A DNA stretch of 64,000 nt from Balanoglossus misakiensis (Eukaryota; Animalia; Hemichordata): positions 4,230,213 to 4,294,212 of the forward strand of contig CM082589.2 in the NCBI GenBank assembly GCA_040954595.2, given 5' to 3'. The notes under the pieces were generated by a model. It ran no database searches, had not been told where the DNA came from, and worked only from the letters and a program-made list of their open reading frames with translations. Numbering within the stretch: the first letter of the stretch is position 1; every line of letters begins with the position of its first letter. The translations under genes were made by a program, and so were the position numbers. Shown in pieces: positions 49,617-63,000 of this stretch.

Positions 49617-51176
49617 CCGAAATTATCATCCGCGAAGCACCATCATAACAGGAATGTTTGTCATTATGCCGCTGTAGTTTTTGAAGTATCCAGCAGAGTT
49701 CTCTTTTTACAACCCTACGTGAGGTCATGATTTAATAACACTGAGTCGTTTTCGAAGTTACTGTGTGACAGTTTGTGTCATTAATATCCTCAATTTCGTT
49801 GCATTGGCGGCGATCTTCCAGTACGGCGTGTGCGTATACAGTTATATATCATATGTGATGGCAATAAACACGCACAGATACACACAATAAAAGCCAATAA
49901 TCGCGTTTGCATTAGGGCGCAACAATATGACCTCGATTGGCAATTCATAACGCGTTTTTTTTTCGTTTTGAAATAGTTAATATTAAAACCTATATGCCTG
50001 TCAAGTTGCGCTGTTGCCAATAAAAATATGGGAGAACAAGCTAATCTTGACTTAATTGAAACAACATTTATTCTATTTTCGCGGTGCTTTGTTGCTCAGT
50101 TCACAACCAATCTCTGGAAGTGATTCGCAAAAGTGTCAACTGAATGAATCACTCTGCATTGGCAATCCTCAAGTGGCCTTTTACTCCAGAATGGTCATTC
50201 TAAAAATTGAAAATGTGAGTAACAGATGTGCATATCTTTGAGATAAATTGTGGCGACGCTTGACAAGTGAATTTTATTAAACATATTTTTCGCCGGGAAA
50301 TGGTATTTTGCAGTTGTTAAGCTGTATTTCGACATACTCAATGCCAGACAAGAAATAGCCTTTGGGGAATGGGATCCGAAGGCTGTCAGAGGCGAAAATG
50401 ACTGTGCAGATGCTAACACAACACAACAATTTCGACCTCAGAAGTTCTCAAGACTTTCGCAGTCTGTCATCGCTGTCATTCTCGTGCCCAACAAGCCATG
50501 AAATCACGTGACCAATTGGCGTTCATCCAACCATCGCCACCGATATATTCTCCGACAGTCGCGGAAAGTTTTCAGAGCGATGATGCGTGCATGTCATTCG
50601 CTGAAGCTTCGGTTTGTGAATTTAAATCTCTCTCGGTGTTACTATCATAATGCTACGAGCTTTGCCGTCTTGGCCAAAAGAACTCCTCATGGGGAGCTGG
50701 TTATTACATTGTCGTAATTCACATTGGCTTGATGGGGACATCACTTTCGTTAACTACCGTTTTGCTCGGATTCGACTAATCTCAACCACATCAGTCATCG
50801 CTTTATGGCAGGGCCACACGACAGGAAAGCACTGACCTTTCGGGCGGACAGGGTTTCTCGCCAGGCGCACTCTCGCGTGGTGCGCCAAGATTACTGGCAC
50901 GGGCCTTTCAGCGACCGCAACCAAAACACACACACATGTGAAAATGTTTTGGAATGGAAACAGGAGCCTCCCAAAGAGCACGGGAACAATGTAAACACTC
51001 CCACGACCCCGTTGCTCTTCAGACAGCGATGAGTTCGCAAATTATGCATAAATATGGGGTCAGTGTATTCTCGAATGGTCTCTCGGCCAATTCTGCTCCT
51101 TTGAGGCACAGTGTCACATTCACGCGAGCGTCCGAAATCACCACGAAAATTATGACCACAAATATTCAGACGTCTT

Positions 51177-51306
51177 AGATGGTGCGGATGAAAAAAAATC
51201 GTCTATAATGCCTTGAGAAAAAAGGGACTGGCAATAGAAAAACAATTCGCAGCACCAGTGGCTGAAATGAAATCCTCCAGCCCCCAGAAATCAAATGGTT
51301 CTCCCC
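51177..51306 (-). mobile_element. Truncated, inverted copy of the 52649-52842 MITE family
   Basis: AGATGGTGC..AAAAAA..AATG.CT.GAGAAAAAA..GACTGGCAATAGAAAA..AAATGGTTCTCCCC aligns to the reverse complement of 52649..52778. Confidence 0.65.
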
Positions 51307-52648
51307 AAAAACACTCTGACGTGTCCAAGTTGTCAGTCGTTTCAAGACAATCAACCGTTCCCAAGTCAAACGCCACCAGGTGTTCACACTTGGAAGATTT
51401 GCATAATTACATAATACCCCCTCACGTAATTACACTCGGTATACCTTCCCATTTGTCGTTTCCGATCGATATCTGACCGTCCACCAACCTTTTATCAGGA
51501 CTGGACGACTATTCTACGGTTTGTGGCAATATTAGAATGCGGCGCCATGTTGTGTAAATTTTGTGTTTCAGTGATATTGGAAAATATAAAATGGCGATTC
51601 AGTTGTTATTATTAATGGCAAATTTGGGGGAATAAGTACCTGCCACTGAAAAATCATCGCCGGAGACTTGCTTGAAATGGTACTTGGCATCCAGTTAGAA
51701 TTAAGCCCCCCTAAAACTATGGAGTCTTTGATAGCCCACGATGCAAATAAAATCCACCGGCGCGGTCTAAGCACAATCCATTTGAAAACGACAGTCGACA
51801 CAATGTTTAAATACGGCATCGTATTAAATTCAGTGTTTGGTCGGCAGCGTTTTTATTTGTGATATCAAAATTGAAAGATACTCTATGGACTCGGTAGCTC
51901 CAGGTCATATAATACAAGCCACAGTGTGTCGTCATAATCATAAAATAATATCGATTCAATAAATTTGGGTGTCGCTACTGCAGGTGCGTTTATTATGATC
52001 AGAAAGTTTTAAATCCGATTAACGAAAGTAGGACACTAGAGTCTATCGGCGAGAAATCGCGTTTTTTCCCTTTAGGATGGTATCAAATCTCAATTTAACT
52101 GAAGCTCAGTTGCAGGAGCTCAGACTATTGCTTAATAAAAAAGAATTGTCATCCGTAACTCTGTCTGTCTGATCGATAAAAAAAATTTAACAACCAGCAT
52201 TCTCAAGATTATGTATTTCATGTATTTAAAGTAAAATGCATTCTCCATTTTGATGCGGAACTGAGTCCAGACTAGCGGACTTCAGAGACCGTATCTCATC
52301 GTATACCCGAGGGATTTATAAAAAACAAGGTGACACCCGATTGATGCGAGGTTAGGTGACCGTAAGACATTAACGGGTGACTATATTCTTACTTTGCGAA
52401 GATGTTCGCGCCGTTAACGACTTTATGAAGCCGCTGAAGAATTAGACACTCTGGTTTTACTTCCGATCGTCCTTGCAGAATTGGAAATCGGTAATGGTGT
52501 GATGTGTATTACGTCGACTGTAAAATATCTTTCAATTGGATTTTTTTTTCATGAGAAAAGTGACGTCACAATATAATGCCCAGACTGTAAAATGTTCGAT
52601 ACGTATGGTCTGAAGTTGACGTTTCTGTGAGTAAGGAAATCTCGACAA

Positions 52649-52842
52649 GGGGAAAACCATTTTATTTGGGGGGGGGTTGGGTATATGTCAGCAATTTTTT
52701 AGCCATTTTGTTTTCTATTGCCAGTCATATTTTTTTCTCGAGTCATTGCAGAAGATTTGTTTTTTCGCTGCACCATCTGCCAACATTTGTTTTTTTTCGT
52801 AAATTCACCCATCACCCCCTACTAAAACATATGGTTCTCCCC
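52649..52842. mobile_element. ~194-bp MITE, PIF/Harbinger (Tourist)-like
   Basis: GGGGAAAACCAT ... ATGGTTCTCCCC termini flanked by CAA/TAA (degenerate TWA TSD); related copies occur elsewhere in the window. Confidence 0.6.
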
Positions 52843-53867
52843 TAAGTGGGAGAATTTGGCTTTTCAGTATGCGTTCTTCAGTCAAACTTTCCTTCGCGCT
52901 TCAATCATTCACAGTTTTTAAAGCAAGTCCAAACGCCTGGTCAGGAATCGCTATCGTTTAAAGACTCACGAGAGAATTGACTGCGCAATATTACTATACT
53001 GGTGAGTACATGGGACTTCCTTGATTGGCACGATGTAACGGTTGAGAAGATCAAGACAGGTTTCTAATTCCGCGTACCTGAGTTCACCATCTCCCATCGG
53101 TGATATTGTCAAGTTTTACATGATCATTGCATGCCCGGTGATCAGCCGTGGATACATTAAGAATTTAAGAGTCCGGGGAACGCGCCGCGCATACATACAT
53201 CTTGTAAACTCAGACGGAGACCTGGTCTGGTGCGTTTCTACATCACCGTGCTTGCCCAAACAAAAAACAGTCGCTTTCTCCAGGGGCTTCCAGCTCTGTA
53301 ATCGCTTCTAAATAGAGGGATCTGATTTCCTCTGCCCCAATCTCGCTGCGGCTTCTCCTTAATGATCACAATTGAACTAGCCTGTTACGAATTACCTTCT
53401 CAGGATATTGGGAGAGAGACGGCGCGGATTCAATTTCCCGGTAGCAGATGACTTGTGCGCGTTTGCTGTCACTGATCTCGGCAGCGCGGGTGTCTCTAAC
53501 CGCCGTGTTTACTTTTTGGTCCCGCGAACTGCAGGTTGCGCGGCCGGCCTTGAGCTAAACCGTCCCCGTAGACAATAACAATAATGGGTCTCATACGACG
53601 CCGGGATGTTCTTTCGTTGACACCCGGCGTTGTTTAGCTCACAACATCTGTTTTCCGTGATTCAAGCTAAGCCCGGACACCGCGGATTGAGTTCTCAAAA
53701 CTGACCACGCTTCAACCCTACTGAGGACATGTGTTGGTCTCGTGCACGGCAGGTCTATTTACCGCATTTCTAAACATTTTGGTGACACATATGTCTGTGT
53801 GTCTTGCCAACATCCTAGAAGACTCGTTAAGACTCAAAAGAATTTGAAGAGGATCTCTATAAATATA

Positions 53868-53870
<3 letters not shown>

Positions 53871-53939
<69 letters not shown>

Positions 53940-54010
53940 GTCTGTCTCTCTGTCTCTCTGTCTCGCTGTCTCGCTGTCTCTCTGTCTCTCTGTCTGTCTC
54001 TCTCTCTCTG
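53871..54010. repeat. (TATC)17 microsatellite followed by degenerate TGTC/TC repeats
   Basis: Perfect TATC run 53871-53938; produces the spurious YLSI ORF. Confidence 0.95.
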
Positions 54011-57000
54011 TCGATACCAATTCAGTGCTCAGTGCCATGTAAGCACAATACTATAGTATGTCAACTGTAGATTATCTGACTCCGCTCCTGGATTCTCCAT
54101 CCATTCAATTTACGCAGCAAATTGATCTCGGTTCAGTATTTGAAGAATCAAGAGCAGAATGATGGGACGCGGGAAGTCGGTTACCATGGATACGCAGTAC
54201 ATGCAAGAAAATTGGTTCAGTTAATGGTGCACTTAAATGGAGGGAGGTATATGTTTCAGTGCATTCGTACTTTTTTCACGAGCTTGTTTTTAACTTTTTA
54301 ATCAATCCCAGAACAGGAAACAGGTAAGGGAATTATTATACCAAGAATGTTATATACCTCACATAACCAGAAAGAAAATGAGATATAACTTTTCCCTGTA
54401 TGGTAAGCATTACTTGATTTAATGTTCTTAATTACAGAATTAATTAATTTTTCTATTAATTAACCAATTATACCTACTTAATTTTACCTATTAATATTGT
54501 ATAAAGTACCAGATGTAAATTGTTTTGATAATCTGGTAAATGCAGTATGCCTTACAGCTGACGTGGTAACCCGAGACAGACGAAAGAGTTAATTCACCCA
54601 ACGCTGTTCGGAAGGAAACTTTTCATCAGCCTTAGATCAATTACGTAGACATATTCTTCATGGGTCTAAGGAAGTTCCAAGTGATATGATGCGCAGAGGT
54701 TGATTTCAGCATCAAGGACTTTTGTCAGTCAAAACACATCCAGTCCTTGTTGAACTAGATACGTTTTGATCACACGCATTGATGTTGCAGTACCTCATAT
54801 TCAAGAGACGAGGAATGGAACAGCACTCTCGTTAATACAGTTAGAGGAAATGAAAGTGCCACTGACTGTAAAAACAATCGCCATCTCGAATTTCGGTCTG
54901 ACTAATATGATTGTGCGTCTGATGTCATTGTCGCCATGGCGCTAGCGCGTTGCTCTCGGTTTAGCTTTATCGGGCAGGAGTTTGCGATGATCTGCTGACT
55001 TTCGCTTGGTGACAGCGCTTTCATTCAATTTATCAGTACTTATCAACGCTCGCTCAGTTATCACAGATTCGTTGAAAGTCCGATAACGTGAGAGAGAGGG
55101 AGGGCGAGAAACAATACAGATACGTGTGCGGCGGCACGCAATTTAACAAAGGTCCGTTTCCCTGATGATTTGCACTTTTTGATTGTTTTCAATCTTGCGC
55201 TGTTTTTACAAATTTGGAAAATGTTAACTCAAAAAGTATAGTCCAGACTTTCTATGCTTGAGACAGAAAACTGAAGTCATGATAGGGTTATAATGTGTTG
55301 AAAGTTCTTTCGAAATCCTTCCTTTATGTTTAAAAATCAGCATGGGAAATTTCCGCTTTTTGTGTCACTGTTTTACATAGAAGTAATCAAAGAGGCAATA
55401 GACTGACGCAGAAAAAAGAATCAATGCTATAGTCAGAATTGGTTTCAGCGAAAAAGCACAAAAAGGTAAAGTAGTGTTTTATTGGTCATTACTTTTCCAA
55501 TCTCTGGCGCTCGTTTTCCAAATTTGTACTTTTCCCCCGTGAGCAAGACAATGCCAGCACAGGAAACCGTGTGCCGACTACCAGAGGCGTGTAATCAATA
55601 ATTCACCGACCGATTCGTGACACGGGTCTCGGCGAGTCGTGTGCTACACGACTGAAGTCAGATTTACCGCACTGATCGACGTGGCATCTGACAGTTGCCG
55701 GTCGGATCGGGCTGACAGTTGTCTACGATCGCGCAAAAATTGCCCAGCACACCGGAATTCCACGCAGGTTAAATGTGTGCGATCTCGGTATAATCCGTAT
55801 GGAAATATGACTTCCCCGCTCTGTCGCGGATCAAGACTAGGGGACCCGTAATGACCTTCAGATCAAACTTTCGCTTTTGATTTGCTTTTTCATTTGTTAC
55901 GTTTCTTACAGAAGTCTCTTAGTTATCGACTGTTTTACTTAACCATACAGCACGTATCAGTTGAGTTCGAGGTTCCAGATTAGGGTAAACTGTATTTTGA
56001 AAGCCTTAACAACCTACTCTTACTCTATTCCTGAAGACCATGCGTGTTACAGGGAAACACCAGTTAATGTTTTAGTCAAAGTTCCTCTATATCACGTACT
56101 ACATGTTTTTGGCCATAGTGCGTGCGCACGGAATAATGGTCAGGAAAAAAATTACTATGTTAAGGTAGGGCTGAAGGTACATCGATTTGCTCATTTGTCC
56201 TGCATGTTACGATGACGACGGTGCGCATAATGGTGAACCGCACATGCCGACGGGGACGTCGCCGCACAAAATGAGAGCGCCGGATACACGCAGACAGTGC
56301 AGGGTCCTGTTTAATGTGCGCTAATGGGATTTTAATTTAGGTCATCGCACATTGTGGCGCCGTTTAATCATCTCTGAACTTCCTTCACAGAAAATGGAGC
56401 ATCCGCGCAACTTTTAGTGTAACCTATATTTTGCCTGAAGTCCCAAATATATTTGACGCCGAATCATACGGTTCTTCAAAGTCGTGTTTCGGGAAAGCAT
56501 AAAACGGTGCAGTGGTGTTGTTCATTGTCCTCGAAAGCCAACTGTTGCTGCTGATCCGGCCAACCCGCCTACACAGCTTGAATTCTAGGTCGGGTGATAT
56601 AACGGGTCAGTGGATCAGAAATTTGTCAATTTTGAATTAAAATAAAATAAACGAACTCGTGTCCTGTTCTCGACACAGACTCAAAGTATTGTTACGCAAC
56701 AATTAAATCTAGAAACTCCCCACACAACACATGCATATCACCAGCTATACACATTGATATGCAAAACGGTCCACCCCAACCTACATTACACCACCTGTGT
56801 ACCTGCATATAAACGCACAATCCCCCTTGCATTTTCGCCAGTTTAGTCTCCTGATGAGTGAGTCTAATGACTCACGAAACAGCGTTGTAGAGATTTTACT
56901 GCCTTTCGTTTCTCCTACTCCCCTTCTTTATATACTCCGCTCTTCTTTTGTATTTAGCACTTTGTATCGGACCAGTCGAACCGCATACTTCGTATGTACG

Positions 57001-60000
57001 TTATGTACATTGTATGTGATGTATGTTCATGTATCCCTGACTGATTTAGATGGTTGATATTTTATCAACCGTGCCAAATCCCTGGAAACGAGGCAAGCGC
57101 TTATCGAAACCAAGTTAACACGTTAACAGTCTGTGCATCGGGGCTTTCACAAAAGACCGTGAGATCCCGGTGACTGCAGTGATGACAGATAAAAGCAACA
57201 GCGGATGACGTGACAGCCGCGACTCGGCGCCGGCGTGCAGAAAAAAAAAGTCGCAGTGCACACACGCTTGAAATGACAGCGCGGACATGACAACCACTTG
57301 GTTTGGTTCGGGTTGTGAGGAGAACAACTTGCATTGGCTATTCCCAAATGAAGCCTAGATTGAAAACTAGTGGGGAGGTGGTTGCTCTCACAATCAATCA
57401 CTCTTCCAGATATGTTGGGCTTCAATCAGGAATAAAAATGTTGATACGGAGAGCAAATTGAATAGAAACCCGATCCTAATAACAGCTATGTGTAGCTTAT
57501 AAATTACACTATATAACTACCGTTAAGGCGACGCATACAAACCGTAAGTAACTTTGCACATACTTCATCATTGAAGCGAGTGAAATACAGACAAGTTGTT
57601 CTGTAGCTATATCGCGACACGCGTCGTTGATAGAGTATACACATTTTTTTCTGAAATTGCTGGAGCATAATTAGTCTTGAATGTCGGGCCATATTCTATG
57701 AGAAAGTGGGTCATTAATTTTATTTTGACAACTACAGGGGATTTGCACGGCGGAAATTAAATGCCGCCACTGTTCATAAGTCTTACCTGCAACGTGCCAG
57801 ATGTGTTTCGCATTGGTCTTTCTGAAATCTCGTCGGCCCACCACCGGTTGCTCCGATCAAAATCCCAAATCACCCGGCCCGTCGAGCGTAAACTGATGGT
57901 CACGCGTTCTCAGATGGTTATGAGATGTACGTGTACGCTGTGCACTGGTTGAACTGCAAACCGACCAACCACATTCAGGATATTAAGAGTGCCACGGTGC
58001 GTCCGTATAGCGCTGGCTAAAATCTTCCCCGCGATTCGTTGACTGGTGCGTGACGTCAAGATGTTTTATATTAGCATTATAGTTTCATGGATATCCCGAG
58101 TGGTGTGTTTAGGTTCTTTATGAGACCACGGAAGACCCCAAGTGCAGCAATATTTCTATTTTGCCGGATGTTGGCGAGTTTTTACTCTTTCTTTATGTGA
58201 TGCGCTGTGGTGATATTTTCAGGCAGCATACATGGTCGTTTCAGCTAACGACAAAATCACCCTCCCCGCCGAAACACAAGGTGTATGAGGGGTGCGTTTT
58301 CTGACAGAACTGCGTCATAAACGCCACACCGTGGTGTTATTGAGTTGTTGAACGTCACGATTCAGCAGACTACCAGTAAAAACCAATGGTCTCGATGAAA
58401 GGTCATGGGCAATTAACAGCTAAAGTGCTCTTTGCCTGATCAAGCATGCACGGGGTCTATCTATACCTTACAGAATGACGTACCAAACCACCACCACCCC
58501 TTTCCGTCATGTTAACCTCGGTTTAAAAAATAACAACAACAACAAGAGTTAATGAACTGAACAATGAGAACAAATATTCCGTAGACAACCAGTGAAAGTG
58601 CGTTGCATGGCCAATTGAGAGCGCCTTGGCCGTGGAAGTGAACATCATAATCGTAACATGATCTTAAATTGTGAAAAGTGATATAACCGAATTATGGTTG
58701 TTGTTTCCAGGTGTCGCAGTGTCGGCGACGTGCTGTATACGGCGTGCTCCGAAAGTTGATAGGAAAGTTTATTAGCGGCCAGTTTGCACGCACCGACACG
58801 CATAAAACGGGACGCCTTACTGCGTATATAACGTCCCGAGTAATTTGGAAATACGCACACATCACGTCGATTTGGCTAATTGGCGACCCGGGTGACATCG
58901 CTAGGGACAACACCTCCCCAGAACACGCTACCCTCTCATCGCCACCGAAATGAAGTAACGTTAATTGGTCGCCGGGGAAGCGAGCTATCGGAGATGATGT
59001 TTCAATTGTAACACAAGACAGCTCTTTGCCCGCTCGATCCAATCTCTTCTCAACTTCGCTTAATCAAAGTGATTGCTGAAAAGTCACTTGCGCATGCGTA
59101 GCCTAATGAGGAACATCTCTATCGCCAGAGAGATCACTGAAAATCCCATGCGACAAGGTCGAATTTAAGAATGTTTTAAGAATGACAAAATATATAATGG
59201 ACAGGTGTTTTATATATTGGTTGACGTCGAGACACGTCAATATTTTTTACAGTTTCCACGTCAACTACATAGACCAACGGTTCGGTATCTCAAATCAGTT
59301 TTAAATCCTTTCTAGAGTCTTCTTGGATGAAAAAAGAGTGATCGTCGATGTATGTAATTGTATCATCATGTTTCATTTGAATTACCCTGCGTACTTCACT
59401 CGACCTGTCATATTCTTTACAAGAACTAACAAGTTCAGTGCCCGAGAACGCGTCAAGAATGGGCGCCACTTATCCAGGCAGGAGATCCATGGACAGGTCA
59501 GCTCGCTCTAGAAATCACCGTCTTTGACGTCCGGAAAAAAATCAAACAGAAAGCTTCCTCTCCTGCTTGGATAAGTGGTGCGCAATTCTTGAAGTTCTCA
59601 CATCACGATGGACCGTGACATTTCCACGACTCCGACGAAAAAAGCGCGCACCCTGGGGGCGGTTCTCATTTACGCGGACTCCGTTTTCGGTAACCACGTC
59701 TCGTTTTCGCATTCTCTCTCTCCGCGATTTCACCCAGCGGCAGCCGTGACGACAATTTCGCATAGTTTAATTCCGCCGTCGATTATTTGTCATTTTGTCA
59801 TTACGGCGTCATGATTGTTCCTCAATAATGAAAAATTTCGGTCGCGGGAAATCGACCCGCCTCTGGAAAAAAATCGATTCTTCGACGTAATTTTTGTGTC
59901 GCCGGGGAGCTTTCCTCCCAACTGGACATTATCATCAATTGATGATTCGGGGTTTCAATGTTATGTCACAATAACGACCCATCATCCGTGATTCAGACTT

Positions 60001-63000
60001 ACCGAGGAACTACGTCACCAGACGTTAAAGAATTTAGTTGGTACTGTGCAAGGCGGTGGAGGCACAGTGATAGTCTCCGCTGCCGAAACATTACCGCTGT
60101 CTCGTTTGACTATTATCAAATTTTCTCAATTGGTGAATGTGACAGGAGCGGGGGCTTTCCTTTCGTTCGACATCGTTGAAATCATCAAAAGTTTCCGGCG
60201 TTCGACCAAAGGCTCTATACCGTGAAACTTGTGGTATGAAGACATACAGGTCTACAAAATATCAACCCAGTAGGATGCGGTTAAATAGTTCTTTAAAGAC
60301 TAAATAATCGAATGACCTCTGCCAAGCCCGCGGGCAGCTGCTGACAGCATGCCTAACCCCGCTCATGTTAAATGTCAAAAGGATCCCGCTCCGAGCGCGA
60401 GTGGTTGTAACTCACCCGCGGGGGGAGGCACCCTTAGTGGTGTTCTACAACGCCCGTCATTGAAAACAGGCGACTCGCTGAACTGTCGCCGTAATTACCG
60501 CGCGTCACTCGGGGACTTGCATTCTCGCATTACGGATCCGCGAAAATTGGAAAATGGAGGAAAATTGGTAAATGACTTCGCTCCGGCAACGTGATACGCT
60601 TTCAAAAGTGCCAGGATTGCTGAGCGGAGGGTCTGCGCCTCATTAAATCTCGCGAGATGTCGTACACGTCGCGACGTTCAAGAAGTTGCGTTCTGTGTCC
60701 GTGGTCTGTCGTGTCGTCTCCGCTTTTGGCTGGAACAAATTGTGGTATAGTGTTGTCTGGGCTTCGTAATAGCACGCCCGTCCAATATACTAAGTATAAT
60801 TCACTCGCGGACTGCATGCACTACCCCGTACTTTTTCGCTACTCAGTCTCAGTAGAGAAATTACGAATTGAGACAATCATCGGCAACGATTTTTTCACTT
60901 TGGCCCATAGCTATATTAAATCTTGCCCTGATCGACCAAATCTTGCAATAAATTCTATCCTTCCCCAACTATCGCTATTTAAGCAATTGTAATAAATACT
61001 CGTCACTGTACAGAATAAAACTTCTTACAGACACAAATACCAACTTTTACTGATTTCCTTGGGGGACTTGGGTAATTCTCAGGCGACGTGACATATTTAG
61101 TGTATGCCAGTGCTTCCGGCGAAAACAGATGGACGTAAATGACTTCAAATTTCGCACAAGCGACATATTTGATCTCTTCAAAGGAAAAAAGGCTTCAAAG
61201 GTTGAAAAAAAAGCTCCAAAGGTTGAAAACAGCCGAAGCGAATTGAAGTGTGTACGCCTCGTGGGGTTACGGGGAAGGCTCGCCGGACGTGTCTCGTTAC
61301 GCGGAAAACGAGAAGCTAGCCCCGGGTAGTTGGAAGCAGTTACCGTGGTATCTTGCCGGGGGGCGGGGACCACCTGTGCTGGCCGTGTCTCGTCCACGGG
61401 GGACGCTTTGGCAAATTGCCGCAATTTGTCCTTTCTGGATCGCGGGCGCGTTTCTTTATCGCACAGGCTCTAAACGTCTCATCCACAATTCTGATGTGAA
61501 GTGGTTCGGTTTAATAGAATAAGCGCCCACATTATAGATCATTATTTCTTGTAGAATGGCATCTTCGGCAAAGTCAAGATCCTGCATGCGGCGTACATAG
61601 TAGGCCTCATATACTTCAGAACATAACATGGAGTAGAGCAATGAATTACATGTGGCACACAGAACAAGATACTGAAATTAAGGCCAAAAGTTATAGCTTA
61701 TGTCCTATTAAAGATTTATGCCAGTGCTCGTGCCACAGTGAATAGCATCTATCACTTTTACAGCCTCGCCAGTCACACCAACAACACAGCGGGAATCGTC
61801 CCAGGACTGCGAGCAAAAGAGATGACACCACGACCTTGACCATATATCGCTACCCCCACGAGTCAAGGGTTCATGTAGTTGAACAGTTTTGACCTTGCTT
61901 CATGAGAACTGGTGTATCCACCATTGTGACGTATCAGAATCGGGCGCATATGCTGCACATACCTCGGTAGGGGGTATCCTATCGTGAAAAGCGATTGCCA
62001 AGTGCAAAATATTGTTAACATGGAGAAAACCACGAGCATCGTCACATATGGTTGCGAATCAATAAAATGTTTAGTGTAAACTTGAGTTAACCCGGAAACT
62101 CGGCGAGATGTTTATTTGATGGTTTAGAAGTAATACCAATCTGTTACACAGTTCGCGTTTTATGTGGGACACTCCCTAACTAACCACACACACCGAGTGC
62201 AACATTTCAATGTATAAAGGGTTTATTACTTCAAATCATTTTACGACATTTGGCTTATTTGCCATACATACACTCACACGTGCTATATAGGGTGATTGAT
62301 TTGCTCGTCAAATGAAAACAATTTGTAATTTTTGCGGGTGGTCATTTGTGATATAGCGCGCCTGTGTTAGTCTTTAGGCACGCTCACTCGTTTGCTTAAA
62401 AAATCAATTGACCCAATTATAATGCGATTTGAAATTCATAATGTCAACTTATTGAGTTCTATTGTGTCGAGTCGAGCAGCGGTGGCTGCGGCAGGGCGCG
62501 TAGTATACGCGGAATGAATATTATATTCAAATTAAGTCGTTTCCGTTCTGCAAATACACAATATAATGGATTTCTAGCGCCTTGGTTACAGAAGCGCGGT
62601 TCGATAAATGCAGTGTGGCTATGTCGAGTAAAAATGAACATCGGTTGGAATGAATTGAAAAGAGGGCGTGTTTTCCCGGTTTTACTTTAGTAGAACTGTT
62701 TTGGCAAAGCGTTAATACAGTGTAGAACTTAAACACCAGTGTTGCCATGGTGATAGACGTGTATAACGGTGTATGTGCAAAGACACTTGAAGCAGATGAC
62801 GGGTGCCACTGGAGATTATAGAAATGTGCAGACAGCAAAGATACATGCCTTGAAAAGTGTAGCGTGCTCAGACTTCGGGTTTCTTGTTTATTTTTAGTTC
62901 CCCAGAAGTCTCTAACAGGAACTGTTCTACGTGTCTCTTTACGTTCGTGTTGTATACGGCGTGGCCGCGGTTGCTCTTAAAACTTTTTCGCGGACGCTGC

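Noticed and set aside
61129-61329. 66-aa ATG-initiated basic ORF with a GKR site and a 21-bp internal duplication (KASKVEK/KAPKVEN); overlapping 125-aa minus-strand ORF
   Set aside because: No signal peptide, no recognisable domain and no convincing exon structure; consistent with chance in a GC-richer patch.
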